This document shows, piece by piece, positions 1 to 11,800 of a stretch of DNA of 64,000 bases (within the stretch, counting starts at the first letter, position 1; every line of letters starts with the position of its first letter). The notes below the pieces were generated by a model. The model was not told the DNA's origin and did no database searches. It saw nothing but the letters and a program-made list of their open reading frames with translations. The position numbers and the translations under genes were made by a program. The stretch is from Lingula anatina (taxonomy: Eukaryota; Animalia; Brachiopoda). Where the stretch lies: the NCBI GenBank assembly GCA_051362555.1, contig CM120644.1:12112567-12176566 (forward strand), given 5' to 3'.

Positions 1-342
1 TCGTACGCTTTATGTGATCGTCTCCGACGAATCGTACGGTGGAATCATAGTAAATAACCGGATTGCTAAAAGTTTGAGATGCTCTTGCTGCAGGAGGCTG
101 TGACAGAAGATTTTGAAGATGCCAAGGGGAGGACCAAGGGGAGGAGGCAGATATCATCTCTCGGAGGCTAATGCCACGATTTTTCGACAAAACCGGGTCA
201 AAATCCTTGAAAAAATCTCAGACAATGTGACTGCTCCACTTTTATTAGGATTATTGCTAGGATTGTTCAAGGATTCTTTATTTTCTACGACGACCCCCGG
301 CCAAAACTAATCCCCGACAGATCGCCGACATTGTGACTGGGC
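1..342. mobile_element. End of a probable Harbinger-like DNA element
   Basis: CpG-rich segment ending in TGTGACTGGGCC (reverse complement GGCCCAGTCACA, a Harbinger-type TIR start), with repeated TGTGA/CGAC motifs; the other end is outside the window. Confidence 0.45.
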
Positions 343-1719
343 CATAGGGAGCAGGTAGAAGTGGGTTGGTTTCTTTTTGCTAAAGATTTCTTCTTTTTAA
401 GTGTATATATATCATGAATATGACATGACATGATATGGATTGTTTATAAATACTTAACAAATCATATTTTCTTAAATAAATTCAGCTCATTTTTCAGGAA
501 TTTCAGGTAATATTTTAGGTACAGTAACTGCTACAAGATATCACATTAGGAAAAAAACAGCACTCTGCTGCAAAAACTTTCGTTTGGAATTTGTAAAAAT
601 AATAATGATTTGTGTTTCCCAATGTGGATTAAATATAGCTGCAGTAATCTAGTTGTGCAAATTTCAAATATGGATTAATTGATGAACCACTGATATCTCA
701 AAGTTCAATCCTTCAAGGTTTATAATTCAGAAGGCCATTTGACAGGGCATTAAAGTGATCAATTATGCACATCCATGTGTTTCCTCAATTTACCATTAAT
801 CCTTTCTCTCTGGTTGCTTCATACTGTGAAAACTATTCAGCGAGCTTGTACTGCAAATTTAAGCACATTAGAAAAAATGCAATGATGAACAGACAGGCAG
901 AGACAATAGAAACTAAAAATTGACGAGTCAGAGGAATTATCACACATATGAGTCACATATTGCAGTACAAAATACACTAGTGCACCTGAGCAATTTCATA
1001 TCATGAACAATGTTACATGGTCTTAAACCATGAGAAAAACCATTACTGGACTAACTTTCAATTAAGGCATAATGCAATTGTCTCCCCTCATAGGTTTTCC
1101 TATTGTGAGCAGAGGTGTCCTCCATTGTGAAGGTAGGTATCCACCACTGTGAGGGAAGGAAATTGCTTGACCATTTAAGTAGATGTTAGATCATTTTTCA
1201 TCTTAAAAGCAGACTCAGTCCATTTTAAGACTATTGCTAAAGATCTAAAATTGCACTTTAAGACCAAATCAAGCACAATAGTGATAATTACATGTTGTGC
1301 TTTTGCAATGGCTTTCTTTTTAATAGCAATTAATGATTCCGTGTAATTACAGGCACCATAAAATCCAAAGAAAAAGCAGCTCATGGTGATTTCTGGAAAA
1401 AGATGGAAGCAAAGTGGATTAACTTCATATATACACAACAAGGCAGAAAACCTTGAGATCAGAGTCCACTAGAGAACCACAATTAGGTCCCAGGTTCCCA
1501 TGGGAATACTAACACCACTACAAACACTCTAGGTAATGACCTTAATTGCTTCTAGATACAACATGTGAAAGTTGAAAGAAACATGATGCACTAGTACATT
1601 TTGTTGTATTTGTTTTAGTTCAGATCTTCTATACAGCGTTGACATGACTGTACTGAAGTTAAAAGCCAACTGATTTCGAATGTGTCTTAAACTCTGCACG
1701 AAGTATGCACTCAACTCAC

Positions 1720-1788
1720 CATACGCCAGGGAAGACTACTGGAATCAGTGTGTGCAAACTTTTGCCATTCTTCAAGCTGATTCAAAGC
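1720..1788 (-). other. Candidate 69-nt cassette (poison/truncating) exon
   Basis: Acceptor ctgttctctgctctcctcacAG and donor ATG|gtgagt are both near consensus. It reads W-L-stop if spliced after exon 8824-8682. Confidence 0.35.
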
Positions 1789-4700
1789 CTGTGAGGAGAG
1801 CAGAGAACAGACGGTCTGTGCACAATATTATGCCAATCTATTATAGAATGTGGCAAACCCTTATCTCTTTTATGGTGGTTTTCCCATTCTGTACATATTA
1901 AAGGGTTATTTGTTTCCACTGCAGTTGCGTCCCTTGAGACTAGATTTATACATGTGTGCATCTAAAAATGATTTGGATTATGGAATGAAAAATTGTATGG
2001 CGTTAAATAACTCTAAGTCAAGCGCCTGTTTTTTTTTTTTTTTTCTCCTGTATATAGTGTTTTTACTCCCAGCATAAGATGAAAATCCACACACATTCTT
2101 TTTTTTTTTTTAGATCAGGTATATTGCTCATTATATTCTCATGGCATGCAGTTGTAAATAAGCATGGTTGTACGTGAAATAAAGCTGAAACTGAAAATAT
2201 GACCAAGCAAGTATCTTTCATGAAATAAAGACCAAAGACACAAAACTTGGCATTTCTTAAAGTTTTGCCTTTACAGATACTCATCCATAAGCTATATTGT
2301 CTCTTCTAGCAAAGGCTGTATTTGTGATCTGTTTGAATGAAAGAAATGGAACAACAGAATGCACTCTTTAAAAATTATTCGGCATGAAATCACAAAACTG
2401 AGAATTTCATTCCCAAATGCATCATCATTAAGAAAATTTTCAATCTAATCTGTGACTGACCTTCAGAATACAACAAAAGCACATCAAAATGGAATATCAA
2501 AAGCAGATTTTCTTACATCATTTGAACAAGGGTGTTATGAAAAATCACTGAAAATCATTTTGACAAAAGACGTCAACATGGGTCATTGCACTATTATATA
2601 TATAATAGCCAATAATTTGTTAAAACAAAGCAAGATTAACTACATGGCCTCCTCTTGAATTCTGGTAAGATATCTCTGTCAGAAATCCAAGGTTGATCGG
2701 CACCATTCCCACAAAGCACTCAATCAAATGAAGCTGGCACGCTGAGTGACACATACAGGTTTAAAAGAAGTTTGTCAGATTTCTTAATTGGATACATCAG
2801 TGGAATCTGCACCAAATGACCCCTAGCTACTGGAATGGTTACGGTGACAATTCCAAAAGCACTTGGTTACATACATGCAATGCCAATGAATAAGTTTTGC
2901 AAAATTACTATTCAACCACAATACCACCTTTAAGGTTTAAATCTTCAACCACTTTTTCAATTATCCCATCAGACTAATTGCCAAATTAGCCCAATTTTTT
3001 AATAGTCAAAACATACTAAATTCAGAAAAGTTGAATACTCCACATACAGGCTTACAAAAATATGAGCTCAAAAATGAAATGGCCAGCACAATGTGTGTTA
3101 TAATTACAATTCCAGCAGCATGAAAATTTAATAAAATTCAAAGCAATATCAAATTTAAAAATTGTCTGAATATGCAAACAAAAAAAAAGATACTTTTTCT
3201 TCATAAACAATTTCCAAAATGTGTCGACAACTACTTGTACCTGCAATAAAATTTACTGGTCCAGGTAAGTCCCCATCTCTGTGCCATAGTTGTTGCCGTG
3301 CAGCCCGTCAATCTAAGTATTGTGATTCTTTTATCCTAGCTGCTAGATCAGTTATAAAGGATCCATCCCGGGACAGTCTTTTTTTCTAACCAAGCAATAT
3401 CCTCCAAGTGATTTCTTTAATATTATCAGAAACTGGTCTATGAAGCAGAAAAGTTCCTTGGAATATTTCAATTTTATAACACAGAGAAACAAATCTGGTC
3501 GTTTTGTCTTATGCCAATCAGGAATCGGGATCTACGAAACATCTCTGAATGAGTGCAACAACAGCAGAAGAATTACACAGCATTCCTCTTCCTTTTTCTT
3601 TATATGTCATTAAAAAGATGCAAATTAAAGGTAACATCACTATTGAACAGAACATCCCTTTTGGTATATCCCACTAAACAAAAGCCTCCCAAGATTTTTA
3701 GCTTTTGGTATTACTTATTGGTACATGTTCATGAGCACCTAGCTTACTTAAAGGACTCAACATACCAGAAGACTTCACACACATAGCAGTAATCACACTG
3801 ATATCAATGTAAAATGTTTTTCCTTTTAAAACATTGACAACTCTTCACTGGCTAAAGGCGCACTTTTCACAGTATACTGCATCGCTGGAATTAGTAAATT
3901 CTACCAGAAAACTGCGAACTAATGCTTCATGTTTCTTGGAGCACTTGGTATGAAAAGATCAGAATCCCCAAGGCCAACAGCCTTTCCTCTTGGAACATCA
4001 CAGCACTTCCTCTTGAGCTATTTTCCCATATGATATTCAAATCATCTAAAGACTTTGATCTAATGGTTTCTGCATCCTATCAAAGAAAGTGATTGAATTT
4101 GATCAACATTTCAGGACTTCTGGTTATCAATATGCCTTCATTGCAAGGTAAGCTTCATGGGTTAATTTACAAGAGTCAGTGTGTCAATGTTCGGACACTG
4201 CTCCCTGAAAACTCCACGAAATATCTCGTGTTACGATACAGAGGTCAATAAGTTAAATGAATAATTGCTTGAATGTGTTACTTATAAATATTGACGACAA
4301 TTTGAAACATTCTCTATAAACAGTGCAATCAATATATCAATCAAAAATGACTAACTTCTTTTGCTTTCGGAGAAATCAGTGATCTCCATTTCCTGTTCAA
4401 CCAATTTATAAGGTCATATAGTCAGAGATCTTCTCTTCAGTGTCACAACACCATCATTAATTAACTTGAACAACTTAAAACTGGTCATAGTCTCCACCTT
4501 GACACAGTGTTACATGCACCTGTGCAGAAGTGCCCACATGTCCACCATCACACTAAATTTCTCACTGAAAATCGCCAGGTTGCGTGCTTTTACAAAAAAA
4601 TCCTAAGAGTTACCATGCAGCAGAAAACCTGTCTGTTAGCGCCAGTGTAAATACATATTTGCATTCTCCGGCTGATTTAACTCCTGGAGCTTTCTGAAGA

Positions 4701-5984
4701 ACTTGGGCACAAGTTGCCTATGAAATCCTATGGGATAATGTACAATAGGAAGGAGAGACATAGCTTTCAGCATCCATTAGGACTGTACACTGTATGATAT
4801 ATATCTGTTAACAATAGCAGTGGCGAAAGTGGAACATGGACAGACAGTCACCATCAGAGAAGTGCCATAGGTCTTCTCACAGAAAACAAAACTGTGCATA
4901 ATGTTTCAGTGAGTAGAAGATTAATTATATGACACTGTATTCAATCCTTGTATTCATGGTTTAGAAATGCTTTTATGGAAAGATAATGAAAAGATAAGGG
5001 AATATGATTAGACACTTTTGTCAATAATCCACCTACGAAAGGGTCATTTTCTTACAATACAGATAGAGGTTAATGCAAACTTGATTGCCATAATATTTTT
5101 TCTGAATGTGAGAAGCAAAGAAAAAGGAATCATTCAAAATCAGAAAAGGGGAAAAAATCTTCAGAATCTGATATTTAAACACTATGTATCTGCCAAACTG
5201 TTCAACATATGAGGTACTGTCACGTGAGATCAGAAGATACCTTATGCTGAAACAAAAGGTTCCAATAACACAATAACAAAGTGAGCCATGATATAACTTC
5301 AAAATCAGGCGCAATTGGCATTTTTCCCCACAAAAGAACCATTGAGCTTGTGCCCATTTATTTCTCCAATAATAATACAAAATCCCTACTGGGATCAGAC
5401 TGCAGCATTTGCATGTGGTTTCTTATTACTCTAACCTGAGGTTCCTGGAAAATCCGACAAGGCTTCTTTCTAAGAAAATTCTCCAAGGAGCGACCTTGTA
5501 TATATATATATAGAGGTTCTCTGCTACCTGTATTCTTCTTACCACATGATTGTTCTCAAAATTATACACTAGTGGGCTCTCCCCTTCACTCCCCCCTCCC
5601 TCCAACATTTGCATGATGTGCTGTCAGCCAATCAAATCCAAATATCTGGAATGCTGGGCATCAAATCAGATCTTAGGCATTGGGTCACATGTTCTTGATT
5701 GGCCAACGCTCGGCACATTTAGGTCACACAGTGATCTGCACTGTACCATGGGAAACCAATTAATAATTTCATTACAATAATCAAAAACATCAAAATGACA
5801 TTTAGAGAAAAAGTAAAAAAGAACAAATAAAGGAAATGTTTATGTGAAATATTATCAAGTATTCTAAATTCATTTTCTATGTGTAACATAGTAATAATCA
5901 AATTGTGTGTCAAGTATACTATGGACTTCTCATTGCATAATATTCAAGGGTGGTAGGGCTGATGTTGCATGCATGCCATTAAGA

Positions 5985-6250
5985 CTTAGACCGCGTTTAG
6001 ATTCACACATCGTACAAGCTGGATCGGTCCAACCCTGCAGAGGATTCTCACTAAAGTGCATTCAGTTTAATCAGCTTAATTGTATGACAACCCTCCTTGA
6101 GTAGCTAGTTAATTGGTTAATTACTCCTTAGCAATTTGAGGAGGCATGTCAGATATTTAAGTCGATGACAGTGATTGCACTTAGGGAGAATCTCCCACAG
6201 AGTTGGATCAACCCAGCTAGTACAACGAGTTAAGCTGGACACTCCCTAAT
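5985..6250. mobile_element. Diverged palindromic MITE related to the 6653 family (boundaries approximate)
   Basis: Inverted arms GATTCTCACTAAAGTGCA / TGCACTTAGGGAGAATC and TACAAGCTGGATC / CCCAGCTAGTAC. Confidence 0.55.
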
Positions 6251-6652
6251 TGATTATTGGAGGGATAGAGATAAAGCAAAAAAGAAGGTGGAAACAGATG
6301 TTCAGTTGTAAACTCAAGGAATGAAAAACAAGAAATGCAAATGTTTTATATTGAAGAAATAAGACTAAATCCTGCAGGAAAACTGCATTTCATTGATAGA
6401 GAAAAAGGACATATTTTGTTTCAATATCTCTTTGGCATGCTGGTAAGTTATCATCAATCACAGATTCAGTCAGTTAAGAGCATATCTGAAACATCAGTTT
6501 TGACCTTTTTTCTTTCAAATCAGATGATCAAAGGCTCCTATTTGGCTGTTAGAATACTACTAGAACTGATCATAAATAAGCCTTATCACAATAGGTTTCA
6601 GGTGGTACTCTACTGGGTTCTCGCCTTTGATGTCTTTAAAGTTATACTATTA

Positions 6653-6889
6653 GGGACCATTCCCACAGATATTTGGATCAATCTATCTCCCTGGAGAGTC
6701 TCACTAAATTGCTGTCAACTTGACCGGCTTAAATGTCTGCCACGCCTAGTAAAGCTGTTAGGAGGTAATTATCTTTACCTCTTGGTGATTCGGTAGGCAT
6801 GACAGACATTTAAGCCTGGTTAGCTGATAGCAATTTCGTGAGACTCCCCAGGGAGTTAGATGGATTGATCTAGGCATGGGAACCCAGTC
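6653..6889. mobile_element. Palindromic PIF/Harbinger (Tourist-like) MITE
   Basis: Long imperfect inverted arms (GAGTCTCACTAAATTGCT..GGCTTAAATGTCTG / CAGACATTTAAGCC..AGCAATTTCGTGAGACTC), TTA on both flanks; related copies elsewhere in the window. Confidence 0.75.
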
Positions 6890-7074
6890 TTATACTATGT
6901 GTATTTTGAAAATTTCCCAAAGTCATATTTTATAAGTCTACTTGTTCTACAAAATTACTTTTCTTTCCTAATTCAGACCTCAATAATGATAAAATACCAT
7001 AAATATAAGTGCCTGATGTCTACATTTCCTTCTGGAATGTACAGAAAGACATGGCTATCTATAAACCAGTCTTC

Positions 7075-7445
7075 CATCCCAAACAATGAAGACATTAATG
7101 AACTGGTGTCGAATCCATTGTGAGTCTTCAATCCACCGACTAGTCTGCAGATTTTGCCACAAGAATGGCATATGAAAGCATCACTGATGGTAGGGATATT
7201 GTCTTCTCTCGTGGGCACGCTTGCAGATGTTGAATCTGTCCTCCTTTACTGTCATTGCAGCCTTTTAAACAATGCCTCTCCACTTGTCCTGGCCACCTTC
7301 CTCGATTTTCTTCTTCTCTCTGTTGATGTTTGCTCTTTTCATGTCTTCATAAGGTGTCTTTGAAGCGTAGTTTTTGACCACAATGTTTTCCCTTGCCTTT
7401 TTCCATTTCTTGTATCATAACCAGTTTAGGAAGGCATGTGTCTTC
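7075..7445 (-). mobile_element. Degenerate 3' fragment of an RTE-like non-LTR retrotransposon
   Basis: Minus-strand translations LPKLVMIQEMEKGKGKHCGQKLRFKDTL*RH, DKWRGIV* and FICHSCGKICRLVGGLKTH match the C-terminal pattern of RTE-clade ORFs (LPK..LYGEL..GKR..G....R.KD; W R; terminal zinc-finger-like motif); in-frame stops present. Confidence 0.7.
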
Positions 7446-8123
7446 CACGCCCCGCCTCTGCTTCCATTGCAGTTGAATTAAGTGACTAGCTATCATTTAT
7501 AAGGACTAATTTTTTGTAATTAGAAACAGCATAAAACATCAAATCCAAGTGCTCAGACAGATAGAGAAATAATTTGTGAGTAGGATCAAGTTGCTTATTT
7601 CAAGGAAAATCTGATATTATGGGAGAAATTTTGGACACGGCATCTTTAACAGATGTCACCGTGTTGTTGGCAACCCAGTTTTACATCTAGGTCTTCAAGA
7701 TCATGCAAGCAGGCTCTCAAAGCAGTTTGCTGTAAAGTTTAATAAATGAAATATAGATTTTGGACTGCTGAAAATATATCAAAATTTTGATTCATGTCTA
7801 AAATGTCACAACATATTAATTTACTAGGTTAAGCACACACATACACTCAGGCAAACACAGAAGGAAAGTACTAATGCACTCTGCAAAAAATGAATGGCAC
7901 CCATTCAAGTTAAAAAAAATCATACCAAAATATTAAACTGAAAGGCAACAGGTAGATAAAAGTCATATTTTTTTCATGACATTTAGTGATTTATTCTTAG
8001 CATCTTTTTTTAAAGCTTATTTGTGCACGTAACAGATGTCATGATTCAATGATTGCAACTTTTGTGCGGGTATTATGGAGAAATATATAACTTATAATGT
8101 TAAGGACTAGCAATTGGATAAGA

Positions 8124-8128
8124 TAAAA

Positions 8129-8179
<51 letters not shown>

Positions 8180-8180
8180 A
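8124..8180. repeat. (AAAT)n microsatellite
   Basis: Read directly; similar tracts at about 22768-22825 and 38626-38672. Confidence 0.95.
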
Positions 8181-8681
8181 TAGATAAGTGACTGCAGCGA
8201 TGAGAATCTTTTTAAATCAATCCCCTGCATAATGAAAAATACAATATGTGAAATGTCTGCCACCTTTGTGGGTCACTCTCCACATGTCTCTAGGTACTTC
8301 CTAAGTATTCTTTTTTTCTAAACACTGACATGCTATTGAGCACATTGCACATCATTTGAATCATCTGCATATTTGATCTGCATGACTGTCATTGCCAAGA
8401 ATGCAACTAAAGCCCCTGTTCCATGGGTCCACTGGACTTGGTTTAACCTTTTACTCAAGCTGTCTGATTTCGAACAGCTCACTCTAGGGAGAAAATCCAA
8501 CACCTCAGTCTACCCGTCTGTGACCTTTGCTATAGAAACAAACCGTGTGCCACAGAATTGGCTCCCTGTGGTGAACCGATTGTAACTGGACTGCGTCCAT
8601 CCCACAGGACTACAGAAACAAGAGCTGCATATTTTAAGCCAACAGAGGCCCACAAGGACAATCTTTTTTGTAAAAACTCAC

Positions 8682-8824
8682 CATGAAGAGGTGCTGCTCT
8701 TGCTGCTTCTGCTGGTGGGACTGGGTTCGGCCTTGGGGTCCACATTAGACACACTGCCCACTCTAGCCACAATTGGCTCTGGCTTCTCTGACGCCTTGCT
8801 CTGCATGCGCTGACGACAGAGGTC
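8682..8824 (-). CDS. PTPRN2: IA-2-like juxtamembrane exon ([10 protein letters not shown]...[11 protein letters not shown])
   Basis: Acceptor ttctgtactAG, donor TG|gtgagt; 143 nt, phase 0-2. Contains the LCRQRM and SSTSSW family motifs. Confidence 0.95.
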
Positions 8825-11800
8825 CTAGTACAGAAGAATAAATATAATAATGTCTACATATAATGTGCTCCTCATTGTCATCATATTAAAATTAACCCAT
8901 GGCTTGAGTTTTTAACTTTGAATTTTTTTTTGTTTCTAGACTTTGCCATGAAGAAAGTTACCACAAATTGATGAAACACATTCAGGATCTAGATTCTACC
9001 CCAGTATATTAAGCACAGCTAGATCCAGCCTATGACTTTTCCAAGTAGTACAAAATCTCTCAGGTACATCTTTTTCCAGAAAAAAACATTTCTTCACAAC
9101 AAGTGTAGGTGTCTGAATGGGAGCTTCTTGCTCTTCTGAATCTGAAAGTTTGAACTATTTATAGTTTTCACTCAAACCTGATAATCAGCAGACGCCTCTG
9201 CATTGTCAGGGTTTCCTGCAAGCTCCCTCAGCTTCTTGCGCACATGAGAATGCCGTTGCACGAGATAGATGACAACGACAGTGATGAGAACAATGGCGAT
9301 AAAGCCACAAAGCACGAACGTCAGAACAAAATCACGGTGGCTGGTGTCAGGGGCAACCTCCACTTGTTGCTGTCAAAAAGGAAAATAAATTAAAAATTAT
9401 GCAGATGTCTACAATAAATAAGTTTTTTTTTTTTTGCTAACAATGAACATGAAGTCACAGGTGGAAGGTCTGAGGAAAAAGTGATAAGGTCATGCAGAAT
9501 GAGGCTGCTTCTAATTGTTCCTGTAATGATTGATAACAAGAAAAAAAAATTTAGTAGAGAAATTAATCTATATTTATAATAACACATATGAAAAGAAAAT
9601 TCACAATTAAAGGAATTCATTATTCTTCTTGGATATGAAAAAAATCAAATAAAAATATCCTGTAAGGAATAAAAACAATTCTGGCACTATAATTTGTAAA
9701 ATGATGAAATCTGATATATTTCACTTTATGAAAAACGCCTGATTTACTGAGAACTGATTGAATATATATATTCTTAAAAACATTTTGGTAAAATATAATG
9801 CCTTTGAAGCCAAAACCTAATACGCTAAAATGGAACTGAATACAAGTATACTACTTTCAACTTCCCTTGGCATGGAATATGTGTACATGGCCATACTGGT
9901 CTAAATAGCTTGTAACTGAATTCTATTTTCTTTTGCGCGCATCTAGGGGAAAATTCAATTTGGTTAGTAAATTTTCTTGATATCAATCTTGTCTTGGTAT
10001 TGCCCATGCCCATTTGAGGCCAAATGAAATAAAAACTATTTTTCAAACAGGTCTTATTGATTTAACTTGTTATAAAGCAAAAAGATGAATTTTCCCTGAG
10101 ACTTCTCTCTTTTTTTCTCATGAATACTAAGACCCCATTTTCACAGGCTTTAGATCGATCTATCCCTGTGGGGAGTCTCACTAGATTACTGTCGGCTTAG
10201 CCGGCTTAAGCTTCTGTCCCGCCTACTAAAAGCTATTAGTGGGTAATTAACTATGGTGCGCGCTCGGCTGACTGCAATTTAGCATGAACCCCCAGGGAGT
10301 TAGGTCGATCTAAATCTAAATCTCTGGATCGATCTAAATCTCTGGGAATGCACCCTAAGGCACATCTCAGCTTATAAAATAAATATCTTATGATTGGTTT
10401 ACAAGCTAGATCATACAAATAGGGTGGTCTTTTTTTTCATCTTGAAATCACCCAATTTATGTGCTACAAGTGACATTCATCCTGCAAACTCTGATTGGCT
10501 AAAAGCAAAGAGACAACTGCAACTGCTCACAACATTTCCTTTATTTCAGAAAGGAAAGGTTTTATCTCGAGTTCTGGATTTTGTAGTATTCTTATTTGCC
10601 GATTGCCCCAAAGGCCAATTTTGTTTCAGATCATGTCCTCCATACAAAACAAGATGTTTTATTATTTCTGCATATTTTGGTAAGACCCCCCTTATAAACA
10701 CTCTGCTTCGTATGGAAAGAATTTACGTATAACACACACACCCAAGTTTGCATGCACAAGCATACACGCACACCCACAGTTATCCTTAACCAGGGTTCAA
10801 AAAATGAACACATTTCAAAATACACACTCCTTCATGCTAGAGTAACCACTCCCATACAATAGGCAATATAGCTTTGAAATCTCTACTCAGCATATATGTC
10901 AAATACAACTTACTGGGATTTTTTTTTCATTTTTTTTTTCAAAATTACACAAAGAACTATTCAAAGTTTTCACACGTTTCCAAGAATGCAAATGTCACTT
11001 CATCATATAATGTTACAAGTGAAAAAATATACTCATGTCCAAAAATGAATTGCATGAGATAATCAGCACAGTTCTCTTCAAACTAATTTTAGATGCAAAT
11101 TATTTTAGATTTGTATTATAAATGATCAAATGACAAAATCTAAAAAATATACCCATGGTAGCATATGACCTAACTGGGCAATACAAGTCCCAATTGCAAA
11201 AAGCATGGTAATTAACATACCTACATACAGTACGTATAGTAACAAGTAGCCGCTACAGAGCCACTTAATACTTTGACCTGCACAAAAAAATGGGAGAGCG
11301 ATCTATCTATGAACAACTTTTGTCATCAGAGATTCCCAGACTAGTCCGTCTGTTGATGCAAGTTAGATCCCTTTTTCAGCCTCAAGTTGCAACCTGTTTG
11401 AGCAGATCGCTTTTGTGTACATTAAAAGTGACCACAGGGCACCATCAAAGTACAGTATTTAGGAACCTTCTGCAGGAGAAGAAAAAAAATGCACAATTGA
11501 ACAATGAGCACATTTTGCTTTTCCAATTCCCACCATTAGTTGTGAGGTATTTTTGTAACAGATAATATTTGGGAGAAATCAGACATTTTGTACATGACAT
11601 CATTTTCTATATCCAGCTGGGCTATTTTATATTTTTACACAGATGAAGGGAAATACAGGCAATTCAACCCAATATCTTACACAGACTGCTTTATTATGTT
11701 ACTTCTGTGCACAGCAGAAATGTCTATGTAAAAAGCCTACAAAGGAACCAAAATCATACGTCTGCTCATTAATAAAAGCTCATTTGAAGGCATTATATTA

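Noticed and set aside
5580-5765. Cluster of CCAAT boxes and RGGTCA half-sites
   Set aside because: Short motifs of this kind are expected by chance; there is no independent support for a regulatory element.
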